A stretch of DNA of 20,048 nucleotides from an uncultured Fibrobacterales bacterium (GTDB lineage Bacteria > Fibrobacterota > Fibrobacteria > Fibrobacterales > CAWVXU01), in the NCBI GenBank assembly GCA_963934255.1, contig CAWVXU010000048.1, positions 1 through 20,048 of the forward strand. The letters are read 5' to 3'. Positions within the stretch are counted from its first letter, which is position 1, and each line of letters opens with the position of its first letter. Below are positions 1 through 8,046 of this stretch, in pieces. Made by a program: the position numbers and the translations under genes. Under the pieces are notes generated by a model. The model ran no database searches. It was not told the DNA's origin and saw only the letters and a list, made by a program, of their open reading frames with translations.

Positions 1-10
1 TCAAAAAAGT

Positions 11-1732
11 CTAACCTTTTTGATGTACTGAGAATGCATGACCAGGACCATTTTTAGGGTCAAGTACCACAAAATTAGTAGTGCCGTTCCAAGTGTAGCT
101 TGCTCCATCAAATGTATCTGTGACTTGATATTCACGCCTATTGCTAAGCCCTAGGTCTTCAAGATTGAGAACAATTTCACCCGATTGAGAATTTTCAATA
201 TCAAAATTCACAATAAATAACATACAGTCGTTAGTGACTTCATGACGTTTCGAGTAAACCATAATTTGATCATTATTACAATCGTGGAATCTTAAGTTAT
301 CGTATTCTTGTAGAGCCGGGTGTTCATTTCTGATTTGGTTAAACTTCTTCACCCAATCCTTGATGTTCCCTTCTGCATTCCAATCACGTACTTTGAAATC
401 GTACTTTTCAGAATTCCAGTACTCTTCTTTATTTGGAAATGGTTTGTTTTCACAAAGCTCATAACCATTCACCATACCATAGCTTGATGATAAGGTTGAA
501 GCCAAAAGAAGGCGTAGAATAAACATTTCACGAGGTGCATTTTGTAGATGCTCAGGTAGGATATCTGGAGTCGTCGGGAAGAAATTTCCACGCATGTATT
601 CAGTCAGAGGTGATTGAGTCAGCTCTTCACAGTATTCACGCATTTCGAATTTGTCGGTACGCCAAGTAAAGTAAGTATAGGATTGATCAAAACCAAGTTT
701 GGCCAAATACTGCATCACTTTAGGGCGTGTAAAGGCTTCAGATAAAAACACTGTTTGGGGGTGCTTCGTTTTGACTTCACTGATGACCCATTCCCAAAAA
801 GGAAAAGGCTTCGTGTGAGGATTATCAATACGAAATATGGTGAAACCTTGGTCTACCCAGTGTAACAACATATCCCGAATCTCTTCCCAAAGTGCTTGGT
901 GATTTTCGTTATAATAATCGTACGGATAGATGTCTTCGTATTTCTTTGGAGGGTTCTCAGCAAACTTGATAGAACCATCTTCTTCGTGATAATACCACTC
1001 AGGGTTGGTCTTAACATGAGGATGGTCTGGTGAGCAGTTCAGCGCAATATCAAGAGCCATTTGAAAGCCCATCTTACGTGCCGATGACATAAAGTCTTCA
1101 AATTGTTCTTGAGTCCCAAGATTGGGGTCAGTATGGAAGTGTCCACCCTCAGAGGATCCAATGGCATAATTACATCCAGGATCGCCTTCATTACAAATCA
1201 AAGAATTATTGGGACCTTTACGATTAGTCACACCAATGGGGTGAATAGGTACCGTGTAGATGACATCAAAACCCATGTCTTTAATTTCACCGAGTCTGTT
1301 TTTGCAATCGACCCAGGTGCCCCAAGCGCCTTCAACTTGACCTTGTGAGCGAGGGAATATTTCATACCAGGCGCCCACACGAGCATAAGTAGGGTCAACA
1401 CGGAGTTCGTAAACATTTGAGCGGTGAACTTTATCTTTAGGCGAAATGGTCCATGCACTGACGGCATATTCATAGTACCCAAGTTCAGTCACTACAAATT
1501 CACCAGTCCAGCGATCGTTATTACCTTGGGTCATAGGTGATTTGTGCCATTTCTTTTCACCTCGACGGCGAAAAATAACTGCGGCATCAATTTTCTCATG
1601 TGAATGACGAAACAAGTCAGCGCTGACAATTGTTCGGTCCATAGGTTCACGTTTGATTGCAAAGCGACCACCATCAATAACAGGGGTCACGTTTTGAATC
1701 ATAATATTCAATGGTTTTGGAAATTTACTCAT
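11..1732 (-). CDS. glgE: Alpha-1,4-glucan:maltose-1-phosphate maltosyltransferase (GH13_3), short 573-aa form
   Basis: GlgE motifs: VTPVIDGGRFAIKR, WYEIFPRS, PIHPIG..NRKGPNN, CSPDHP, FAENPPKKYEDIYP; catalytic FRIDNPHTKP, FLSEAFTRP, TTPDILP; FDQSYTYFTWR. Confidence 0.96.
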   Translation of the reverse strand: MSKFPKPLNIMIQNVTPVIDGGRFAIKREPMDRTIVSADLFRHSHEKIDAAVIFRRRGEKKWHKSPMTQGNNDRWTGEFVVTELGYYEYAVSAWTISPKDKVHRSNVYELRVDPTYARVGAWYEIFPRSQGQVEGAWGTWVDCKNRLGEIKDMGFDVIYTVPIHPIGVTNRKGPNNSLICNEGDPGCNYAIGSSEGGHFHTDPNLGTQEQFEDFMSSARKMGFQMALDIALNCSPDHPHVKTNPEWYYHEEDGSIKFAENPPKKYEDIYPYDYYNENHQALWEEIRDMLLHWVDQGFTIFRIDNPHTKPFPFWEWVISEVKTKHPQTVFLSEAFTRPKVMQYLAKLGFDQSYTYFTWRTDKFEMREYCEELTQSPLTEYMRGNFFPTTPDILPEHLQNAPREMFILRLLLASTLSSSYGMVNGYELCENKPFPNKEEYWNSEKYDFKVRDWNAEGNIKDWVKKFNQIRNEHPALQEYDNLRFHDCNNDQIMVYSKRHEVTNDCMLFIVNFDIENSQSGEIVLNLEDLGLSNRREYQVTDTFDGASYTWNGTTNFVVLDPKNGPGHAFSVHQKG

Positions 1733-1747
1733 TTGGATTCATTAACC

Positions 1748-2971
1748 TTATTTGTCTTTTTTGTCAGAGTTGTATTTTTCAATGACTTCTTTATAAAAAT
1801 CTTGTGTTTGCTGAGCGATAGAGGTCCAGCTAAATATTTCTTCTACACGTCTACGTGAAGCTTGACCCATACGTGTTCTGAGGTCTTCATCGTCAAGAAT
1901 ACGATTGACGTCGGTTGCTAAATCCAAGTGAAATTGTCCCGGTATCATCGGTTCAAAATTAGTTTTAGACACGGATTGAAGTGGTACTAGAAGTCCTGTT
2001 TCTCCGTGGATAATGATTTCTGGAATTCCACCGACTTCAGAGCCGACTACTGGAGTACCACAAGCCATTGCTTCTAAGTTAATGATCCCAAATGGTTCGT
2101 ATAGGCTAGGAGTGATAAACACATCAGCATGACTGTATAAGTGGCGTAGATCCTTGTGGTCAAGCATCTCACCAATCCAAATAACATTAGGGCGAGTTGT
2201 CTTGAGTTCAGCCATCAAGGTCTGAAACTCTGCTTCAATCTCAGGGGTGTCAGGAGCGCCAGCACATAGAACCAGTTGGCAGTCATGATTAATATGAGCT
2301 GCTGCTTTGAGTAAATGATTGATGCCTTTTTGACGAGTCACACGGCCTACAAATAATGCGATTTGTTTATTTGGGTCAATACCATGAGCTTCTAAAATTT
2401 GAGGGTTTTCCATGGGCTGATAGAAATCAAGATCAATTCCGTTATAGATGACTCGAACTTTTTCTGGATCAACACCATAAGAATCAATCACGTCTTTTTT
2501 CATATCATTTGAAACCGCGATAATTCCATCGGCATCCGCATAAGAATTGCCTTCGATCCAGCAAGAAAGGTCGTAACCTTTACCAAGTTGTTCCACTTTC
2601 CAAGGGCGATGTGGTTCAAGTGAATGAGTGGTCATGATAAGTGGAATATCATTGAGCTTTTTGGTTAAGAATCCGGCAAAGTGCGAATACCATGTATGGC
2701 AATGAACCAAATCAACGCCCTGAGTTTGAGCCGTCATCTGTAGGTTGCGATTGAGGGTTTCCAAAATCTTTTGATGCGGGTTCGTTGACTCGGGGAGAGT
2801 TGCCTGAACGCCAGAGACATCAAGGTTGGTTTCTTGGACATCTTGTTCACCAAAGCAGCGAATTTCAAGTTCCATATCTTTCTTAAGTTCACGTGATAAA
2901 AAGTCAATGTGAATTCCTGCTCCGCCATAGACATTTGGTGGATATTCGTTGGTAAATAGTGCTGCTTTCAA
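1748..2971 (-). CDS. glgM: GT4 glucosyltransferase of the GlgM / Corynebacterium-type GlgA family (probable alpha-maltose-1-phosphate synthase)
   Basis: N-terminal TNEYPPNVYGGAG, HCHTWY, HSLEPHRPWKVEQLG, FVGRVTRQKG, PSLYEPFGIINLEAMACG. TTG start with GAGGAGG RBS. Stop lies 15 bp upstream of glgE. Often annotated as glgA. Confidence 0.9.
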   Translation of the reverse strand: MKAALFTNEYPPNVYGGAGIHIDFLSRELKKDMELEIRCFGEQDVQETNLDVSGVQATLPESTNPHQKILETLNRNLQMTAQTQGVDLVHCHTWYSHFAGFLTKKLNDIPLIMTTHSLEPHRPWKVEQLGKGYDLSCWIEGNSYADADGIIAVSNDMKKDVIDSYGVDPEKVRVIYNGIDLDFYQPMENPQILEAHGIDPNKQIALFVGRVTRQKGINHLLKAAAHINHDCQLVLCAGAPDTPEIEAEFQTLMAELKTTRPNVIWIGEMLDHKDLRHLYSHADVFITPSLYEPFGIINLEAMACGTPVVGSEVGGIPEIIIHGETGLLVPLQSVSKTNFEPMIPGQFHLDLATDVNRILDDEDLRTRMGQASRRRVEEIFSWTSIAQQTQDFYKEVIEKYNSDKKDK

Positions 2972-3037
2972 AGGAGCCTCCTCATTTTAACAAAATCTCT
3001 TCAATTCTTACTAAATATAAAACTAAAGGGGCAAACA

Positions 3038-3946
3038 ATGGCAGAAGAATGGTTAGATAATAGTTTAGATCCTGCTCAAAAACTTGAGGCTCTTGAGTTA
3101 GAGAATTCTAGAATGCTCCAACAGTTGGAATCCTTACGTGATTTTTCCCAAAGAATTGATAGAAATTTATCAGATCCCAAGCTTTATCAGGTGATGTTGG
3201 ATGAGTTTCTAATCCATTGTCAAGCCGATAGGGTCGTAATATTGGTTCAAGATGAGATTGAAAAACCCTGGATTACTCATATTCAGTCGTGTGATCCCAA
3301 TGTCAAATCTGTCTTAGTTCCTTATGTTAATGATAATTGCGAAGGTCTCTATTTTGATTATTTAGAAGAAGTCGTCAAAGTGAATACCACGCAGAGTGTT
3401 CAATGGAATGAAGCTATTCGTGTTCATGAGGATATTTTTATTCAAAGATGTATGGCTGCTCCCTTTCAAGTTGAAGGTGAGTTTGGCTCTTGGTTAATTT
3501 GTCTTCAGTGGGTGGGCGCTGCTGTTGATTGGGAGTCAAAAGTTCAGCCTTTGTTTGAAAACATGACCCAATATGCCCAAGCGATCGTGGATCAACGCCA
3601 AATGAGAGTCCAAATTGAAGAGTTACAAAACCAAGAGCAGACTTTTCTTGATCTGATGCCGTCTGCTTTGGTGGCAATTGATATTTTAGGAAATATTACT
3701 TTGTGGTCTGGTAAATCAGAAGAGTATTTTGGTATGAAGCTTGCAGAAGTGATTGGTGCACCTTGGGCTGAGCTTCTCCCGGAATTTAAAGTAGTTGAAT
3801 CTCGTATCCCTGAACTAATGGACGGTTCTGAGCCTATTACCTTGCAAAATCTCGAATTTGAAGGTAAAAAATATAATTGCCTGATGTATGGTTTGATTGA
3901 AATGGGTCGAGGCGAGATAGGGCTTAGGCTTGACTTAGTCAAGTAA
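3038..3946 (+). CDS. Cytoplasmic sensor protein: coiled coil + GAF-like domain + coiled coil + PAS domain, no output domain
   Basis: ADRVVIL and CMAAPFQVEGEFGSWLICLQ resemble GAF. FLDLMPSALVAIDILGNITLWSGKSEEYFG..AEVIG is a typical PAS N-terminus. AAGGGG RBS before ATG. Confidence 0.7.
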   Translation: MAEEWLDNSLDPAQKLEALELENSRMLQQLESLRDFSQRIDRNLSDPKLYQVMLDEFLIHCQADRVVILVQDEIEKPWITHIQSCDPNVKSVLVPYVNDNCEGLYFDYLEEVVKVNTTQSVQWNEAIRVHEDIFIQRCMAAPFQVEGEFGSWLICLQWVGAAVDWESKVQPLFENMTQYAQAIVDQRQMRVQIEELQNQEQTFLDLMPSALVAIDILGNITLWSGKSEEYFGMKLAEVIGAPWAELLPEFKVVESRIPELMDGSEPITLQNLEFEGKKYNCLMYGLIEMGRGEIGLRLDLVK

Positions 3947-4444
3947 TCCCTTTTCTACAACAAGTGTGGATATGTTATCTGGTGATAAGCATAACGACTG
4001 TGTGCAACTTTGATAATGTAAGATGACTTCTTGACCTCGAATGTTATTTAAATCTACAAGGCCATTTAACACTAGTATTACAACAAAGGTGCCTTCATAG
4101 AAGCTACTTTCTATACCTATTGATTCTATAAATTTGACAGTCGGTTCGGGCCAAATACTTTGTCTTATTTTTAAAGCTTTGGGGTCGGAACTATTGGCAA
4201 GCTCAACTTCTGCTCCAAATGCAAACTCATCCTTAGGTTGATGAGATGTCATGTGCCAGCCTTCACCTAAACGGACTTCTAATTCAATCGCTGGCATCCC
4301 TTGATATTGAGAAACTCTAGCAATAAGATCGGGCTTGGGTAAGTCCTGAGCATTGACAAATGATGCTAAGACGGCTAAGGTGATTAGGATGAATATGCCT
4401 GTATTTGTCTTTTGGGGAGAGAGTTTAAAATATATCATAGACAT
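3935..4444 (-). CDS. Exported stand-alone DsbD N-terminal (Ig-like thiol:disulfide) domain protein
   Basis: Signal peptide (IFILITLAVLASFVNA), GWHM, WPEP, FYEG and YQSCTQSLCLSP Cys pair characteristic of nDsbD/ScsB-alpha domains. 3' end overlaps the convergent sensor gene by 12 bp. Confidence 0.75.
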   Translation of the reverse strand: MSMIYFKLSPQKTNTGIFILITLAVLASFVNAQDLPKPDLIARVSQYQGMPAIELEVRLGEGWHMTSHQPKDEFAFGAEVELANSSDPKALKIRQSIWPEPTVKFIESIGIESSFYEGTFVVILVLNGLVDLNNIRGQEVILHYQSCTQSLCLSPDNISTLVVEKGLLD

Positions 4445-4494
4445 AATCTAATAAACTCAATTGGAAAAGCGTGATGAGTCGGCTTATGAAGTTA

Positions 4495-4522
4495 TTGACT
4501 ATTCGTCTCTTCGTGATATAAT
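4495..4522 (+). promoter_or_regulatory. Sigma70-type promoter of the padR-family gene
   Basis: TTGACT (4495-4500), 16-bp spacer, TGa-TATAAT (extended -10, 4517-4522), ending 21 bp before the ATG at 4544. Confidence 0.65.
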
Positions 4523-4543
4523 TTAAAATACTAAATTAGGCTA

Positions 4544-5098
4544 ATGGCTAGAAAAAATCGAACTCGTTTTGTCCTTCTGGGGTTAATCGCTAATCGCGCA
4601 CGTTCAGGCTATGACCTCAAGCGGGCTGTGGAGTCAAGTATCGGGCATTTTTGGCATGAATCCTATGGACAGATTTATCCCCATTTAGGTTCATTGGAGG
4701 AAGATGGTCTGGCAACTGTAGAGCGAATTATAGAAGAAGGTCGCCCCCAAAGGAAGCTTTATCGTATTACCGAAGTGGGTCTTGATGTCCTAAAAGAATG
4801 GTTAAAAGAGCCCGTTCAAGTTTCGAGACCGAGAAATGAACTTCTTTTGAAATTATTTTTTGGAAAAAGGATGACTACTGAGACTAGCATTTCCCACTTG
4901 GAGAAATTTATGGCAGACCTTGAAGCCAAAAGGGCACTTTTGGAATTAATTCGAGGAGAAATGGATGAATCGCTCCACTCAAGAGCAGATGCTAAGTATT
5001 GGATGATGAGTCTTCGTTTTGGGATTTTGGAATGTGAAGCTCAGATTCAATGGTCTCGTGAGTCAATGGGAATACTTCGAGAAGATGACTTTCTCTAA
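4544..5098 (+). CDS. PadR/AphA family transcriptional regulator with C-terminal dimerisation (Vir_act_alpha_C-like) domain
   Basis: LLGLI..SGYDLK..IGHFWHESYGQIYPHL..LEEDGL..GRPQRKLYRITEVG..L.EWL winged helix, then RNELLLKLFFG and a helical tail; 184 aa. Confidence 0.93.
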   Translation: MARKNRTRFVLLGLIANRARSGYDLKRAVESSIGHFWHESYGQIYPHLGSLEEDGLATVERIIEEGRPQRKLYRITEVGLDVLKEWLKEPVQVSRPRNELLLKLFFGKRMTTETSISHLEKFMADLEAKRALLELIRGEMDESLHSRADAKYWMMSLRFGILECEAQIQWSRESMGILREDDFL

Positions 5099-5255
5099 CA
5101 AGTCGAACCAGGTTTTCGTTTTTTAGTTAGAAATTTGGTGAATCTTGAGAATAAAAAATGCTTTTTAATCAAAAACTATAATTGATTCCTTGCCTTTCTG
5201 AACTGAGCAGTTTATTTTTCCAATAGAAATCAATCATCATCCCCAAGAGAATTTA

Positions 5256-5459
5256 ATGAAAAAAATAGTGTCAGTTCTATTATCTGTAGCGCTTGCTGCG
5301 GTATTTGTTGCTTGTAACGAGCCTGCAGTAAAAGCAGAGAAAAAAGTAACCCCAGCAACAGCTGCAGAAGCAAAAGTTGTTAAACCAGGTCTTGATCAAG
5401 TAGCCGGAGAAGTTGATAAACTTGATGCTGAACTTGAAACCCTATTGTCTGAAATTTAA
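5256..5459 (+). CDS. Small lipoprotein, function unknown
   Basis: MKK + hydrophobic stretch + lipobox-like FVAC (Cys20). Ala/Lys/Pro linker and acidic C-terminal helix. Confidence 0.75.
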   Translation: MKKIVSVLLSVALAAVFVACNEPAVKAEKKVTPATAAEAKVVKPGLDQVAGEVDKLDAELETLLSEI

Positions 5460-5465
5460 GGAACT

Positions 5466-5981
5466 ATGATGAAAAAATTATTAACCACACTTGTATTATC
5501 TGCTCTTCTAAGTGCAGGAACAATTTATGCTGAAAAAGGCCACGGCCACGGCCACGATCACAAAGCGATGAAAGCTGAAAAAAAAGCAGAACGCCAAGAT
5601 AAAAAAGATGAACGTCAAGCAAACAAAGCTGAAAAAAAAGCAGAACGCCAAGATAAAAAAGATGAACATCATGCTAAAAAAGCTGAAAAGCGTGAGAAAC
5701 GCATGGCTAAATTTGAAAAGAAAATTAAAAACAAAACAAAAAAAATCGCAAGGTTTGAAGAGCGTATCGCTAAGAAAGAAGTAAAACTTGCAGCTAATGC
5801 TGAAAAGCTTGATGCTGAAAAATTAGCTGCTAAGCAAGCTAAGCTTGATAAAGCAAAAGTAAAAGTGGCTAAAATGAAAGAGCATGTTGCAACTATGTCT
5901 GAAAAACTAGCTGCAAAGCAATCTAAAAAAGCAGAGAAAATGGCTAAAAAAGAAGCAAAAGAAGCTGAAGCAGCTGAGTAG
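5466..5981 (+). CDS. Secreted Lys/Ala/Glu-rich coiled-coil protein with His-rich N-terminus
   Basis: AAGGA RBS, signal peptide ending TIYA, then EKGHGHGHDH and highly charged helical repeats; followed by a strong terminator. Confidence 0.8.
   Translation: MMKKLLTTLVLSALLSAGTIYAEKGHGHGHDHKAMKAEKKAERQDKKDERQANKAEKKAERQDKKDEHHAKKAEKREKRMAKFEKKIKNKTKKIARFEERIAKKEVKLAANAEKLDAEKLAAKQAKLDKAKVKVAKMKEHVATMSEKLAAKQSKKAEKMAKKEAKEAEAAE
5571..5667 (+). repeat. Intragenic direct repeat: exact 43 bp x2, period 54 bp (18 aa)
   Basis: aaagctgaaaaaaaagcagaacgccaagataaaaaagatgaac at 5571-5613 and 5625-5667, encoding KAEKKAERQDKKDE twice. Confidence 0.9.
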
Positions 5982-6006
5982 TTTTCAACTTTAATCCCTA
6001 TTAATT

Positions 6007-6050
6007 GAAGACCTCTTCGTAAAAAACGAAGAGGTCTTCTTTGTTTCTTT
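6007..6050 (+). terminator. Rho-independent terminator
   Basis: Perfect 14-bp stem GAAGACCTCTTCGT / ACGAAGAGGTCTTC with a 5-nt loop, followed by TTTGTTTCTTT. Confidence 0.9.
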
Positions 6051-6072
6051 ATTGATTTTTGATGGCTTTTCC

Positions 6073-6101
6073 TTGACTTTGAATCAAATCCCTCTTATCA
6101 T
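6073..6101 (+). promoter_or_regulatory. Sigma70-type promoter of glmS-scpA
   Basis: TTGACT (6073-6078), 17 bp, TATCAT (6096-6101), between the terminator and the glmS RBS (GGGAG). Confidence 0.65.
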
Positions 6102-6132
6102 ATCACATAGAATGTATTCATTGGGAGTCTCT

Positions 6133-8025
6133 ATGTGTGGGATTGTGGGATATGTGGGCTCAAAGCCGACAGTAGATGTATTACTTGAAGGTCTGCGTAA
6201 ATTAGAGTATCGAGGGTATGATTCATCTGGCATTGCTTGTGTTTCCTTAAGTAAGAAAGATGAAGTCTTTCGGCATCGTGCCGTTGGTAAAATTTCTGAA
6301 CTAAGCTCTTCTCTTGAGCAAATCCAAATCCCTACTGACCTTTCTGCAGGTATTGGCCACACGAGATGGGCAACTCATGGTGGACCTAGTGTTGATAATG
6401 CACACCCCCATATTAGTCGTCAAGGGCGAATTGCGGTGGTCCATAATGGGATTATTGAAAATGAAAAAATACTCCGTAACCAACTGATTGCTGAAGGGGT
6501 CGTCTTTACTTCAGAAACCGACACAGAAGTTTTAGCTCATCTTATTGAGAAAGAATTGACACTTATTGAGTCGTCTCTAGTTGATGGTCAGGGAGAGTTA
6601 GACGATAAATTTCATTTGCGAGAAGCGGTGCTTTCCGTCCTTCATCAAGTCAATGGTGCTTGGGGGATAGCGGTGATTGATTCACATTTTCCAGATAGAA
6701 TTATTGGTGCCAAAAATGGGTCTCCACTGGTCTTAGGACTCAAAGAAAATTCATATACTCTGGCTTCAGATGCAACCGCTCTAGCGGGTCTTTATGAAAA
6801 TGTCATTTATCTAGAAGATGGCGATTTGGTTGACCTATCATCATCAGGATTTGACATCGTTAATTTATCCCACCATATACAATTTCGTCAAGCAGAGGCT
6901 TTAGAGGCTGATGCCGAAGAAGTCGCCAAAAATGGGTACGATCATTTCATGATCAAAGAAATCATGGAACAAGGCGATACTTTAGAAAACACCTTGAGAG
7001 GTCGATTGTTAATTGAAGAGGGGACGACAAAGCTTTCTGGTTTAGAAGAAAACATGCAGGAACTACGGAAAGTCAACCGACTCCTTATCATTGCCTGTGG
7101 GACTAGTTATTATGCTGGCCTTGTCGGTGAAAACATCATAGAGGATTTAGCTGGGATACCAGTAGAGGTGGCGATTGCCTCAGAGTTTAGATATTCTAAC
7201 CCAATTATTACTCCAGAAACCATGGTGGTGATTATTTCTCAATCAGGAGAGACGGCTGATACCTTGGCGGCCATGCAAGAAGCCAAACGCAGAGGTGCCT
7301 CAGTACTTGGAATTGTCAATACAGTCGGCTCAACCATCGCTAGAGGCTCTGATGCCGGTGTATATCTACATGCAGGACCTGAAATTGGTGTGGCATCAAC
7401 TAAAGCATTTACATCTCAAGTTGCGGTGCTATCAATGATGGGCATTTTACTCGGACGTATGCGTCGGGTATCCAATGTGCACGGGCGAGAGCTTGTTTTG
7501 GGTCTATCCCAAATACCTAACATGGTGAGGGATATTTTAAGTCAATCTGATGTGATTCGTCAGTATGCCCATGAGTTTTGTGATAAGCAACATATGTTTT
7601 ATTTAGGACGAAATTTGCTATACGCCGTCGCTTTAGAGGGCGCTCTAAAGATGAAAGAAATTTCATATATGTACGCTGAAGCCTATCCAACAGGAGAGTT
7701 AAAGCACGGTCCGATTGCGCTGATTGAAGAGGGGACTCCCGTTGTCTTCCTACTTCCCGTAGAGCCGGTTCTTCGTGAAAAGGCTTGCTCAAATTTAAGA
7801 GAAATCCAGGCTCGAGGGGCTAAAGTCTTACTGATTGGCGGACCTGAAGGTATGGGTGCAGAGCTCAATGTCGAGGGGCATATTCCACTTCCCGAGGTTG
7901 AAAACGTGCTCAGTCCTATCATTTATACAATTCCACTTCAACTTTTGTCCTATGAAGCGGCTATTATGAGAGATTGCTCGGTGGATCAACCACGAAATTT
8001 GGCTAAATCAGTCACGGTAGAGTAA
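6133..8025 (+). CDS. glmS: Glutamine--fructose-6-phosphate aminotransferase (isomerizing)
   Basis: True start is ATG 6133 (MCGIVG, catalytic Cys after Met removal), not 6052 as in the ORF track. Motifs LEYRGYDS, GHTRWATHG, HNGIIEN, SQSGETADT, VASTKAF, ELKHGP, PRNLAKSVTVE. Confidence 0.98.
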   Translation: MCGIVGYVGSKPTVDVLLEGLRKLEYRGYDSSGIACVSLSKKDEVFRHRAVGKISELSSSLEQIQIPTDLSAGIGHTRWATHGGPSVDNAHPHISRQGRIAVVHNGIIENEKILRNQLIAEGVVFTSETDTEVLAHLIEKELTLIESSLVDGQGELDDKFHLREAVLSVLHQVNGAWGIAVIDSHFPDRIIGAKNGSPLVLGLKENSYTLASDATALAGLYENVIYLEDGDLVDLSSSGFDIVNLSHHIQFRQAEALEADAEEVAKNGYDHFMIKEIMEQGDTLENTLRGRLLIEEGTTKLSGLEENMQELRKVNRLLIIACGTSYYAGLVGENIIEDLAGIPVEVAIASEFRYSNPIITPETMVVIISQSGETADTLAAMQEAKRRGASVLGIVNTVGSTIARGSDAGVYLHAGPEIGVASTKAFTSQVAVLSMMGILLGRMRRVSNVHGRELVLGLSQIPNMVRDILSQSDVIRQYAHEFCDKQHMFYLGRNLLYAVALEGALKMKEISYMYAEAYPTGELKHGPIALIEEGTPVVFLLPVEPVLREKACSNLREIQARGAKVLLIGGPEGMGAELNVEGHIPLPEVENVLSPIIYTIPLQLLSYEAAIMRDCSVDQPRNLAKSVTVE

Positions 8026-8046
8026 GTGATTTACTAATTTAGGCCT

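Noticed and set aside
5571..5667. Direct repeats as a CRISPR array or mobile-element ends
   Set aside because: Only two copies, in frame inside a CDS, with an 11-bp gap. No cas, transposase or integrase genes are present in the window.
5982..6132. glmS ribozyme upstream of glmS
   Set aside because: The region holds a terminator and a sigma70 promoter that leaves a leader of only ~25 nt. There is no room for the ribozyme and no recognisable core.
6052..6132. N-terminal extension of GlmS in the ORF track
   Set aside because: GlmS needs an N-terminal Cys. ATG 6133 (MCGIVG) has a GGGAG RBS, and the extension overlaps the promoter.
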